A stretch of DNA of 64,000 nucleotides, from positions 248,001-312,000 of the forward strand of contig NMRA01000370.1 in assembly GCA_002633005.1 (NCBI GenBank). Direction: 5' to 3'. The first letter of the stretch is position 1, and the number at the start of each line of letters is the position of its first letter. A program made the translations under genes and the position numbers. The notes beneath the pieces were generated by a model. That model had not been told where the DNA came from. It made no database searches and saw only the letters and a list, made by a program, of their open reading frames with translations. Positions 12,901 through 24,200 of the stretch are shown piece after piece. The stretch is from Phoronis australis. Its lineage: Eukaryota > Animalia > Phoronida.

Positions 12901-15900
12901 ACATTACCAAATGTTTTAGTTCATTCCATCACTCTCTCAACCATGTTTACTATGAAGTTGCACTTCTGCCTAGTATATTTTCCTCTTCGTTTTATGTGTT
13001 TCCGAACTATTGTTTGCTTAGGCCTGTATGTTTCTTTGGTGTTTTCTTATTAAATATTACAAGTGCCTCTCTTTCACAAGTCCTCCCACTTGTATTCTGA
13101 AGTACTTTCCCTTCCAATTCCTCTTCATCTGGTGGTGAAATTTTGATAACTCCATCTATCTCATTACCATCTGCGTCTTTACCTCGATTTCTCTTTCTCT
13201 TCAAAAACATCAGCCATGTACTCTTCTCTGTGTCCGATGTTCTGCGTAACTCTGCCTATTTCTGTCCCCACATTCAGTATATTACCATTCATAACTCCTC
13301 CCATTACAGCTGCCACTCATCTCACCACGTGCCGTCCACCTTGCCTCGCTCTTCATGCATGGCATCGAGACCACCATCTTTGTCAACGACGTTTGCGGCA
13401 TCCCCATTCCGGCACAGGCGTGCTTCCCGTGGCAGTTCTTTGACGGCAAGTTGTTCCATTACAAGATCCTCAAAGCCAGTAACAACCCCTCACTGATTGA
13501 CATGTGTGACGGACACGTGAGTATACTCGTTCACGCCCCCTAAGTAGGAGAACAGCTCAAGAGCTTGTCCGACATGTTGCATTTTCCACTGTGGTGGTGT
13601 TTTTTGAAAAGTTTAACTTACGCGAGTGACATCTGGTGACCAGTGATGCTCTATCAATTTTGAGTCCGCTATGTTGTATAGAGAAGCGTATCTCTTTATT
13701 TCTCGATTACGCAATAGGTGGAAAGGAAATGCATTTATAAGTGGTCTAAATTAAAAAGTAATTTTTTTGCCAGAACACGGATTTGTCGCGCTTTAAAGAC
13801 GACGGAGGCCAGGTTGGTACATCATAATTGAAGTATTTTCCTTTTATTCTTGGGAGACATTTGTTCAGACGGAGGCATCACTTTATTTTTCAGGTGGACC
13901 AAGTGTTGCGGGTGGAGCGGATGCGACAGGCCATCCTGGAAGGACTGCCGCTCGATATGGTCCACTTTGCCCGACCCACCTTGGCAGGACTACAACAGTC
14001 CATACCTAATCCTTATTCCTCTTACCCCATGCAGAATGCGCGTCCTGCTGGGGCTTCATATGCGCCCCCTGTGAGAGGCAGGGGCCAGAAAGGTCGTGGC
14101 AGGGGTCTGTTGGGAGAGTTCAGTAACTACGGTGAGACTTTTCGCAGGGATGTGAGGTTATGTAGGACTAGTCTTAATCTGCATTCAACAAAAATATCTA
14201 CAAAAGTACGGAATTTAACTCAAGAAAATGTAATTTTATTTTTAAAAGTGAAAAGACTGGAGAATTTAATGTTAGATGTTATGCCAATCTGTTGTTTATT
14301 GTCACCTGACCGTATCTTAGTAAAATTTAACAAAAAGGAAAGGTGCAACCATGGCATAATTAAGTTATCAAGAACACGACCAGATTTCATTGATATCAGT
14401 TTTCTTGACGAGATCTCGTAAGTACTCTTACAGTTTTCTATAATAGCTGTAGTTTTTTGATAGCCTTTATTCAAAAGTAATACAATTTAAAAACAATAAT
14501 TATTCCTAACTTCTTTTTGGAGACCCAGGACATAAGGCATAGTCACGGCAGGTTTCGTGTGTTGTCTAATCCGTGTATCGGTGTTAGCTAATTTATGCTG
14601 GGTAATGTCTGCATTCAAAGTACATTTTATTTTTTGCAAAATGCATTTTGGAAAGGGAAAGGTCATTTTGTGATTTAAAATCAATTCAATGTGTTGTATT
14701 ACTGATATAGCATTTTATTTATTATCGTATACGAGTCGTATCTGGCGTCTTGCAGGAATGTCAGCTGTGGATCCTCGTGGTGGTACGCTACAAATTGCGG
14801 GTCAAGTCGTGGCCAGTTGGGGTCCATCCCATCGTGGAGGACGGGGACGCGGCACCCACGTCGTGGGCAGAGGCCCACTATACCCCCACAATGGGTGAGT
14901 GTTGGTGATTAGGTCAAACATAATGTTCGCTTGCTATGAGATAATAGGGACTACAGTGTTGTGCCAGCATCTTATGCTAATGTTATTATTGTCATTTTCA
15001 GTCAAGGTCATGACACCAAATTTAGAAAGCAAAACAAAAACCACACGACTGTTTGGGGATGCTACTGGCAATCCATAACAAATAATAGTATGCAATCAGG
15101 TCAATGGGTCAAAGGTCATTAGCCATGCCATGCTAACAATGTTTGATACAGAGGGTGGAGTTGCTAAAAAATTGTTATTGCTGTTGTCAATTTATCCTGT
15201 GAACCTTCCAAGTTGTCTGTGAAGATTCAGCATCATACTTTGAATCTGTTATATGATTTAAAGTTTACGAAACTTTTCATTATATTTGACATGTATCCAC
15301 ATTGCCATGTTAACAATACCTCCATTAATAACTGTAGATTATCACAATTTTAACATTTTTGGCATGCAGTGAGCACATGGAAAATAGAATAGGAAAAATA
15401 GGAATTATTTTTTACTTAAGTTTGAGAATTTTTGCTGTATTTCACGTGGTTAATCTTAGTCACCAGTCTGCGCGATGTTGATGAATACTAAAAAACCTGC
15501 ACATTTCACTGTTAAGGCCTGTTCGCATTTGGCGATTTTGTTTTGTTTGTGGTGAGAAGGGTCAGAAACTGCTTATTGCTACCACAAGTGGTTGCTCCAA
15601 TGCTACTGTTCGCAATAGGGGAAAATAACCAGATTGATGCAGTACGCATCTTTTTAATTGTGAGAGCAAGTTCAAATCACAACAGATTGGATTGATCAAA
15701 ACGAACAAAATCAGGTTCATCTTTGGTGCAAAAGGCCCTGTTTGTGTTAAAGAACAAGCAAGGACTACAACAACTAAGTGAAAAAAGAATTAAGGTACAT
15801 CAAGAAATGGCTAACGAGCTTATTACGTCAGGGTAGAATGCAAAATATTTCTGGTAATATGAGCTGAAATTAACATTATTATGTCTGTTAGATATCAAAA

Positions 15901-18309
15901 ATGTTTGGATTAATCTAGGCATCACTCATGGATATTCGAGTTAAATGCATCCAGTGGTTGGTATGTAAAATATCTCGTCGCTTGACAGTGGCATAATGCC
16001 TCTGCAACTGCGACAGCGTCCACACTCTGTGGTGAACAATCACTCGATGGTCGCGTCGCAGCCAAATCGCCTTTAGCAAAATGTGTTTTCATTCAACGTT
16101 GTTGGGTTTAAAGCATGAATTTGTTTTATCTCTTCCAGTGGTGGTCAGGGTCGAGGTCGGGCTGGCAGGCAGAACCGAAAGGTAGAGCATGCCACTCAGT
16201 ACACAAAGTCTTAACTGTTGTTTGGCTGGGCAAAGTAGTAAGGGCTGTTCCAGCAAAATCTGTGTGGGAGGGGGGGGAAGGCAACTGAAATAAAAAATTA
16301 TGGGTGGTTGCGTTTGATTTAAATTCAAAATGGCTGGTGGTTGTACATCAAAAAAATTAAAATTTACTGGTCGTTGTTGTTTCATTGGGCCATAAATGTT
16401 TGATGGTGGGTAATTTTAGTAAATTTTATAAACAATCCACACAGAATCAAAAACTGAAACAAAAATGCAACTTTCAAAAAGCTCCGACTTTTTCACTCCC
16501 TCTGATCTCCTCATCGGCATGCCCATAACACCAGTTAACCACAGGTGCTCGAATTTCTCGATGGCTAATAACCATATATAAAAAACATGTTTTCTTAGTA
16601 ATGAATGACGTTAGTGGTAATGGAGGAACAGATAAACTCAAGCGCCTGTGCAGTCAACCACAAGAACAAAAAAAAATTACGGGTGGTTGCATTTCAAACT
16701 TATAAAAAATTACGGGTGGTAGGCTGAAGAAATAAATGAAAAATATGGGTGGTGGGTGCGAAAAAAAGGTGCCTTCCCCCCCTCCCATACAGATTTTACT
16801 GGAACAGCCCTAACCTTGGGTTTGTTTAATCAAAGGTCAAAAGTCTGGCCTTGTCTAAGGTGGTCTTCACTTTTAATTTTAATACGCTCCCATTAACCTG
16901 GCTTGTGAAAGCTGTGTTTAAGTCTGAATATGAAAAATTATAAACTTTACTTTAGTTGCAATGTTTTTGCAATATTTTGCTTGTGACCTGTCATAGTTAC
17001 GACTCCTCTTGTGACCTTTAATAAAATGAACTCCTGGTCGTTCAGAGTGTAGAGACCAAATTCCAAATTTGGCCACTTAACCCAACAAAGTCAGTCTTAA
17101 AAGTTCCTTGCCATGATTGGATTTTGTTTCCGTTACCATGAAAAACCTCCAAAGCATTTACAAGACTAATCGAACAAGAAAATCATGCAGTATGCCTGCT
17201 CTCACAAAAATTGGTTTGCATTCGGTCTCGGGTTATTTCTCAATTCCCGGATGTTGAAATTTATGCTGCCCTATTTGTGCTTGATTGGCATGTAAGTGGA
17301 AAGAAAAATTTGTAAACCTTAGCTGAATTTTACCTTAGGGGCAATAGCCCAACCGGAGTCCAGTTTGATGGCTGTTATTCATTGGAGAAAACTGGTTCTC
17401 AAAATCCCTTGTAAATGACTGTTACCAACTTTGTTAAAACTGTCTTTTGTCAATTGAAAATGGTAACGGTGTTTAGGTTTTTTTCTATGACCTGGTGATT
17501 TTGATGCTGTTTATTTCTACGTCCAAATCAGGTTTTGTGTCTAAACTCTGCCGCTTAGTCTTAGACATTGCTCGAGAATTTGTGTCGCCAAAATGGTCGA
17601 GCACTTTTTAGTGAAGACATGTGAACATCGTTGTGTATTTCATATTGTGTTCTTACAGCCACGTGGCAAGGGTGGACACAAGGTGTCGCTCAACACCATC
17701 GAAGGAGCGGGCCGTGGACGGGGCTGTACCATAGAGAATCCTGCTGAGTAAGTGGAACTCTCACTGCTATTGTATACTACGTGTTGACTGGTTTCACCCA
17801 TGCCGTGTTCTATGTATACCCAGACCTCAGCAAAACTAACTTCCAGTTTCCCGTTTGGGGATTTTAATTAGTATTTTGATAGTTTTGTAGTATTTTATTG
17901 TAAGGTATGTAGCGTAGTAGGTGCTTAACAAATACCGTGACAATAATGATAGTTTTTACTTTTAGTCAATGTTATTTCCAGTGGCCTAGACATGTCTGTC
18001 AAGGACCTGATTGGCCAGGAGGAATCACTTGACCAGACCCTGGTACCCCATGCAATGACTGAAGCCGGTCAGTTCAGTGACGCTGATGTAACAATAAAGA
18101 AAGAGGTTCCACAGATTACCGATGGCGATGACAACAGTCCTGCAGGTGTAAAGTTGGAATGTTACAGTAATGACGATGGCGAATCAGAATATCGCCTTGA
18201 TGACGGTGAAGATAACATCACGTTGAAGGCAGAGCCAGCGACCCCCGAAGGAGCGAAACCGTCGCCAGATGTCATGAGCCCGGACAGTGGGATAGAAACT
18301 GTGGAATAG
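235..18309 (+). CDS. FAM120A: FAM120A-like (constitutive coactivator of PPAR-gamma-like / OSSA) RNA-binding protein; 17 coding exons, ~1062 aa
   Basis: Exons 235-979, 3944-4026, 4703-4797, 5446-5552, 6427-6557, 6909-7071, 8122-8252, 8878-9027, 10505-10679, 11306-11558, 12590-12701, 13310-13516, 13894-14131, 14756-14894, 16139-16181, 17659-17747, 17982-18309. All introns are GT-AG and phases are compatible (3189 nt). FAM120 family motifs: LDRLYGG..DWVCGGQWN, GTPPPKVWWLPP, LLGNHIL, RAFLQCMRSDTP, ELDAFLAQ, PWQFFDGKLF, and an RG-rich C-terminal region. The paralog label (A vs C) is nominal for an invertebrate. Confidence 0.9.
3510..3596 (+). repeat. Short interspersed repeat fragment; copies at ~35464-35550 and ~40112-40180
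   Basis: Shared AATCTTT.TTTTTGTGGAGAA.TTTGACAAA.T.GAATTTCACTT..ATATTGT.TGCTAAATAAAT. Confidence 0.65.
3944..4026 (+). CDS. FAM120A: FAM120A-like exon 2
   Basis: ttgcag|GCAATCAC..; (G)NHILGEIDLQEFFKELL..GYK; donor GTAAGT. Confidence 0.9.
4703..4797 (+). CDS. FAM120A: FAM120A-like exon 3
   Basis: ttttcag|LDSTKLIHEVVAFVRSLPSAENLDSIGEIVF(R)|gtac. Confidence 0.85.
5446..5552 (+). CDS. FAM120A: FAM120A-like exon 4
   Basis: ttacag|KCNERADKISRFKLSVQYYLNGTQEGFLKYRPKNK|gtaagt. Confidence 0.85.
5640..6088. mobile_element. Non-autonomous DNA transposon (MITE, hAT-like ends) in FAM120A intron 4
   Basis: 13-bp perfect TIR CAGGGCTTGGAAT / ATTCCAAGCCCTG; flanking direct repeat CTTGAA (5634-5639, 6089-6094); internal TTCCGC/GCGGAA repeats. 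Confidence 0.8.
6427..6557 (+). CDS. FAM120A: FAM120A-like exon 5 (low complexity)
   Basis: catcag|THGVTQQTGG..SPDMDQ|gtatgg; phase fits both neighbours. Confidence 0.75.
6909..7071 (+). CDS. FAM120A: FAM120A-like exon 6
   Basis: caccag|TEVSSVYTERESG..ITSGQ|gtacgc; phase-compatible. Confidence 0.75.
8122..8252 (+). CDS. FAM120A: FAM120A-like exon 7 (Ser-rich)
   Basis: cttccag|..SSSSSSSSGSSPSRQSPDP..VGP|gtatgt; not in the ORF track; phase 1 to 0 fits. Confidence 0.7.
8878..9027 (+). CDS. FAM120A: FAM120A-like exon 8
   Basis: PEIMRIASERHQKGLMLPWLYQVL, matching the FAM120 PEVLRVAEHRHKKGLM motif; donor GTAAGG. Confidence 0.9.
10134..10208 (+). repeat. (CCCT)n-type polypyrimidine microsatellite
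   Basis: ccctcc ctccctccct ccttcccgcc ... read directly. Confidence 0.85.
10505..10679 (+). CDS. FAM120A: FAM120A-like exon 9
   Basis: ccacag|GGIKIPVSVE..LYRPIRVQCYAILYNL..|gtatgt. Confidence 0.88.
11306..11558 (+). CDS. FAM120A: FAM120A-like exon 10
   Basis: VVVKEW..PTLESLWLG..RLRAFLQCMRSDTPLMLNTSYVPQHLLIMCCLLR. Confidence 0.9.
12383..12492. mobile_element. Back-to-back tRNA-derived (SINE-like) segments
   Basis: Minus-strand B-box half GGGTTCGAGCCCC (12383-12411) followed by a plus-strand A box TAGCTCAGTGG and a degenerate B box GGTTTGAGCCT. Confidence 0.55.
12590..12701 (+). CDS. FAM120A: FAM120A-like exon 11
   Basis: YMVQYDQAILQRIELDAFLAQSVSP..MK|gtaggc. Confidence 0.9.
13310..13516 (+). 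CDS. FAM120A: FAM120A-like exon 12
   Basis: LPLISPRAVHLASLFMHG..FVNDVCGIPIP..PWQFFDGKLF..IDMCDGH|gtgagt. Confidence 0.92.
13894..14131 (+). CDS. FAM120A: FAM120A-like exon 13
   Basis: VDQVLRVERMRQAILEGL..RGRGQKGRGRG..|gtgaga. Confidence 0.88.
14756..14894 (+). CDS. FAM120A: FAM120A-like exon 14
   Basis: GGTLQIAGQVVASWG..RGGRGRG, matching the FAM120A GGKLEIAGTVVGHW motif; donor GTGAGT. Confidence 0.88.
16139..16181 (+). CDS. FAM120A: FAM120A-like exon 15 (43 nt, RG-rich)
   Basis: tcttccag|GGQGRGRAGRQNRK|gtagag; needed to bridge phase 2 to phase 0. Confidence 0.75.
16242..16810. mobile_element. PIF/Harbinger-type MITE in FAM120A intron 15
   Basis: ~41-bp TIR GGGCTGTTCCAGYAAAATCTGTRTGGGAGGGGGGGAAGGCA at both ends; TAA target duplication (16239-41, 16811-13). 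Confidence 0.88.
17659..17747 (+). CDS. FAM120A: FAM120A-like exon 16
   Basis: cttacag|PRGKGGHKVSLNTIEGAGRGRG..|gtaagt. Confidence 0.78.
17982..18309 (+). CDS. FAM120A: FAM120A-like terminal exon (acidic tail)
   Basis: tttccag|T GGC CTA GAC ATG..; ends SPDSGIETVE-TAG. Confidence 0.78.
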
Positions 18310-21224
18310 ATTAAACTGGATCTCAACTGAAGAGTGGGTGCATGTGACATCTGTGAAATCTATGTGTTGCTGTCTTCACACAAGTACTCTTAATTAAAGT
18401 GCGTTTGTTTGATGCGTTTCCAGGGGGTTGCTAGCATGATTACGCGACCTTTTCTTTTTTGAAACTTGTGGATGGAAATTTTTGAGTCGTATTGTTTTGC
18501 ACACCCGAAGGTTTTGGGTGTACTTTGTATTTGTACTTAAAAAATTGATTTATTATGTTTTTCTTGTTATCATTGTATTTAATGTTGGTAAGGTTTTCTA
18601 CTCGATGCTTGCACACTTTCGAAGCCTTTTCAAAGGCACCTGTGTCTTTTCTAAGGGCAGGGATTTACTTGTTTGGTGTCTAGATTGAGGGGCGTAGATA
18701 GCGTTTTTTGTGAAAAATCTGGTGGAAATGAAACCCACGAGACCTGAAGACTTATCCATTAAACACTAATAGCCATGTTCGGGATTCTCTCTTATGTGAC
18801 TAACTGCACCACAAGTTACAATTAAAGTTTTGATCCTCATTTTTGCCCACTTTTCTGCTCATAAGTGAATGTTGGGATCTAGGTAATGGCCGCTTGCAGG
18901 GGTCCCAAATTTTGAACTCCAGTTTTCGCTCCAAGTAACTTTGAACTGCTTCTTAAAATCCGGAGACCCATGTAAGAGACTATTGCCAGAGTTCATGCCA
19001 AATTTGTGTGCTTGAATGTGGGTGAGGAATACTGTCTTGAGCAAATCTAGGCTATTCAGGTCATGGGCTCTGTAATTCTAAGTAAAGGCATATTGTCCTT
19101 GAAAATGAACATATGCCTTTGTAAAAGTCCTTAAAAATTTGTCGGCTGGAAAGAGTGTGTTAATGTTTCCCTGGAATCCTGCTGGTGTATCGAGTTACGT
19201 AGTTTCTCAGTTGTTTATGAGTATGACACGACTTGCAGTTCAGTAGCAGAATCGCTTTTTTTTGTTCGTGAAAGAAAAGTTAAACACTTTCTTGGAGTTT
19301 TGATTTGTCAGAAAAAACCTGGTGTAATTTGAAATCTGACATAAATTCTGTTGTCCTTTATGTCGAATCGTGGAAACTTTTTGTTGTTCGTTTTCATGTT
19401 ATTGACGAGATCTTCATCTGGATGTTGTGTTTGATTGAATATTTGGACAGTTTCATCTTATCCTGAAACTGACAAATGTTTTCCGTTTATTTTTTATCCA
19501 CCCAAATATTTGTCGAATTGTATCAACCAGTCCCTCTTCATACACCAGCACTCTGCTTATGTGATGTGTAAACGATTTTGAACTGTTCATTGACACTAGC
19601 CTTGTATTAATCAGGAAATGGTGATCGTTTCAAATAGATTTGTTGTCACTTCTCAAAAAGCAATTCCAGAGAGCAAAGGACTTAATTTGGTTGTAATTGT
19701 TAGTTTATTGAAATATTTCATTGCAGTTGTATTTATCAGATTTCCCATTTCATGATAAACCGACCAGTTACAAGAAACTGCTTTTCAATTTAAATTCATT
19801 TGGTCGATATTTTCAGTGGCTTTATCTAAAACTGTTGTGTTGCCAAGAGTCCTATCCTTAACATTTTTCATAGTGGTGTAATTTAGTAGAAAGGCTGCGT
19901 ACCGTTTAATATGATATTATGTCGATGGAAGTGATAGAGATTAGCGTTTGTTTGAAAAGTTTTGTTAACCAACTCACGAGTGGCGAGGCAAGAATTTAAA
20001 GCTGTTATCACTTGACTGGTTGCCAAGGAAACTAGATTTGCTTAAATAAATGTTTTCTAAGCAAACAGCTATTTTTGTTTCGCATATTCTCTTATGTACT
20101 GGTTTGGGTGCTATACATACGGCAATCTTGTCAATTACGCAAAGTTCCAGTCACAGACAGATGAATTTCCCCACGACTCGTAACCATATGAGAAATGTGT
20201 TTTATTACAGTGAGTGTTGGGTGTCAGTGGTGGGTATGAGGAATAAATAAATTCAAGGGCCTGTGGTTCCAGAGAAAACAGTTCACTCTGTTGGTGAAGC
20301 TGTACCAAAATCGTACATTTCTCTCATGCACAATTTTAAATTCCATTGCCATAGTTACGTGTTATCACTTTTCATCACTTAAACATTAAAGCAAAAATTC
20401 TCCAGTTAGGGATAGTCTCTAAAAATTTGAAAATTGATCACTCATTGATTAATAATGATTGACAAATACAGTAAATATTCTCCACTTTGGGACAGTCTCT
20501 CAAATTAAGACGCGGAAATTCAATCCAAGATTGAGATGGGCGATTTTGGCATTCATTGTATTTCTCAAATACCGTACATTGCGTCTGAACAGATCAACAG
20601 ATCATAGAATTGTTGCGAATTGCCACAACGCAATATTCTCAAAGGTCCCCATTTTGTGTAGCATCGAGGTGAACAGTCTTTGGTTGTTGATCGAAATTGT
20701 TGAATTTGGTACGCAATCTCTGATCTTGAGCAATAGGGTTAATTTCCAAAGTCCTAAACTGAAGACTCTTTACTGTAAAAATAAAATAATTCATGCAGAA
20801 AACGTCGAATTGGTAATCTTATATTCACGAAAAAAGTGAGCGACTACAGCCACTTTTCTAACGACCACATACATAAACTATACTACAGTCTCAGATAGAA
20901 ATGTTGATACTATTTACAAAACTTACAAGGCAGTTCATGTATATCGATTTGAAACTCACCTGAGGTGAAGGTATAACTTAAAAGAAGAGGAGTGTTTTTT
21001 AAACTGGTTGTAAACCCGCATTCCGTCTAAAAAGCGAACTAACTTCAGACCATTTACTGCTATAAAATTGGTCTCAACTTGTTCGTTACTCAGACGGAAA
21101 TAATTTCAGTGTTTGCAAAGAACTGACAACTTGTTATTTCTATAGACCATGCTCGACAAATATGGTTGCTCTTCAAAAGTCAATCCTCACAAAAACAAGA
21201 TCTTCAAACTTCATCAATGCTTAC

Positions 21225-21254
21225 TCAGTCCTCAACATATGGCAGCCAGAATGC
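21225..21254 (-). CDS. WDR82: WDR82 exon 9 (AFWLPYVED*)
   Basis: ttttcag|GCATTCTGGCTGCCATATGTTGAGGACTGA. Confidence 0.92.
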   Translation of the reverse strand, partial: AFWLPYVED

Positions 21255-24200
21255 CTGAAAACAGAAAGAAGTTGCGATTTACATTGCTGCAACACGCTAA
21301 CGCATCTAATGACAACAAGATGATATCCTAAGTATTAAAAATTTACTAAGCCATTCTACAGCCTAAAAACAGACAATGACTTGTAGAAAACATGCTCTCA
21401 CCCTCTCAAAAGTTAGGAAACTGTTTGATAAATCCTTGCACTGGCATAGACAAAATAATTCAACGGGGAAGGGGTGGGGGCAAAGGTGAAATTGTCGTGC
21501 CTTGGAGGGAGGGGGGCGAAATCAAAACTGAAATGAGCTTTGACCAGAGGAATTTTTTGGAATGAGCAGGGGGAGCATGTCCCCTGTTTTATGCAAACAG
21601 TGAATACACTGCAGTTCAATATGTTCACACTTGTTCAATGGTCACTCCGCTCACCATATTTGAACAAGTACTGAACCTAAGGGAGGATATGAACACACTC
21701 TGCAGTTCAATATGTTCACACTTGTTCAATGTTCACTCCGCTCACCATATTTGAACCAGTACTGATTCAGAACCTAAGGGAGGATATGAACACACTCTGT
21801 AGTTCAACATGTTCACACTTGTTCAATGTTCACTCCACTCACCATGTTTGAACAAGCACTGAACATAAGGGAGGATATGAACACACTCCTTACTTCAATA
21901 TGTTCACACTTGTTCAATGTTCACTCCACTCACCATATATGTACAAGCACTGAACCAAAGGGAGGAAATGAACACACTGTAGTTCAATATGCTCACACCT
22001 GTTCAATGTTCACTCTGCTCACCATACGAGCAATGAACATATGGGAGATAATGAAAATGGTCCATGGTTCAACATGTTCACAACTGTCCAACATTCCCCA
22101 CACTTACCATATTTGTGCACGCACTAGCTAACATCATGTACTTGGGGTTGAACTGAACGCTCTGTACTGGACCCGTGTGTTCACAGTTCATTACAGACAC
22201 TTTAGAACCAGTGTCTGTATTCCAACAGTGCAATTTGCCATCAGTGGAGCCTGAAATGAATAAAACACAAAACCTTGCCTAAGTTAGGATGAAAACGAAA
22301 TGATAAGAATTTCTGAGTTTCACACGAAACATTTTAGCATAAAAACGATGAAAAGGTTGGGAATCTAAGACACCAGAAACAAACAAAGCCATGCATTAAT
22401 GAAGAATGTTACCAAAAAGTTTTACACAACATGTTTTTATTACCACTTTTAAACACACTCTGAGTGGAATCAATTTCACGGCCAACCCTCTAATTTTCAG
22501 CTTCAATCCATTAAACCTTAGTATTGAACCACCAAACATCAAATCCGTGGCTCTTAACTCCAGACCCAGGGACCAAGCTCTGGTCCCGGATCATAGGTGG
22601 GGTACTGGAGTTTGGGACGCGGACACGGAATTCAGGTGGGTTTACAGGTACAAGTGTAGGGGCTGCTGGTCTGGGACTGGGGTTCAGGAGGTTGAAGCTG
22701 GAGGTGCGGCCATGAAATTGTTCTCACTCCTTACACATAAAATGCAATAAACCGTGCCTTCTAAAAATATACAAGAACAACTCCAGAAATTGCTTATGCA
22801 TTATATCCAGATTCTAATTGATTCCCTTAGTCATTCGCTAATAAGACCGAGCTCAGGAGTAGAAGACACCTTTGTGCAATGCTTAATTATCTGCCAGCAA
22901 GGCCTGGATTCGAACCCAGGTCTCCCAAACGGGAGTCCAGAGCTCAAACCACTAAGCCACGCCATCTCTTCCCAAGCTGTCAGAGAAGAAAACTTTTAAT
23001 AAGTTGTTTACCATCATAAAATCAGTCTCATATTATTCCTTACTAACCAGACAGACAAAAACTAACTTCTAGGCTTGAGAAGACCTGACAGTAGGTCATT
23101 GCTTTAAAACAGGAGCAAAAATTTACCTTGACCTGGCAGGTCATTTTATACACTGTCAGAGCCCAGTCTCTCGTAACAACCAACTATAATATCTTCACAA
23201 GCCCAGAAGTTAATTTCAATCAAGATATAAACAAACGGTTTAAATAAAATATCAGTCATTTTGGCTAAACGCCAGATTACAACAGCTGTAAAACTATCTT
23301 TCTAAAAGCCAAAACATGGAAATCACAAACTGGACGATAAACTCAAAAAATTAACAAGAAATAGTGGATGACAATGAAGAATCTCACAGGGATGACGAAC
23401 GAACGTTGGTCCTCACCCGAAGTCAGTGCACGAGACATTCAAAAATAAGATAGTACTTACCGCAAAACACAAACTGTGAGTCTGGACTAAATGAAGCTTC
23501 CAGTGAAACACCTCTGTTGTTGGTATGGCCCTGTACAGACCAAAGAAAAAATACCAGTGCTGTAAAACTTTCTCAGTTCGGAATGATCTCCACCAGTTCA
23601 AAAAATGAAGCATGCAAAAAAGAATTAAATTTTTACATTTGTTTAATCCCAGAGAGAGGGACTATTTTCTTTACACTTTACAATTTTCCATTTCTTCATT
23701 TGTAATAGATTGATATTTCAAAATTAGACGCATTAATTTAGAATGACATTTATTTTCAGAGTCTAAAATTAAGGACTTCTGCAAGAATAATCAAAATTCA
23801 TACAACTAAATTTCATGTGAAGATCTAACAACATGGTACTTTTCGACATGACAAAGAACATCGACAGCTCTTAACTTTCGTATTATTCCCACTATACAAC
23901 ACAAATATAGTACACATACCATGAAAGTTTGCAGGGGTGTGCCCTGGAAGGCGTCGACGAGCCGGATCACCTGCCCATTGGTCGAAATGAGTATAAGCTT
24001 CCCGTCCGGACTGAACTTTAACCCCGTCCAATCACAGTCCTTGTCCTGTTGCAGACGGAATGTGGCAAAGGGTCCCTGGAAGGCAAGGGCGCAACTCAAA
24101 GCTTCATTTCCCCTCCACTTACTTCAGTCTTAAAGCTGCAATAATCTACCTTTTGGCCATTAAAGAAACTAACTTTTGATTTAGACCACTCTTTTACGAG

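Noticed and set aside
15516-16085. Harbinger-like MITE starting GGCCTGTTCGCA
   Set aside because: The right TIR is too degenerate to confirm.
21600-22125. CRISPR-like array
   Set aside because: The context is eukaryotic, units are contiguous tandem copies without unique spacers, and there are no cas genes.
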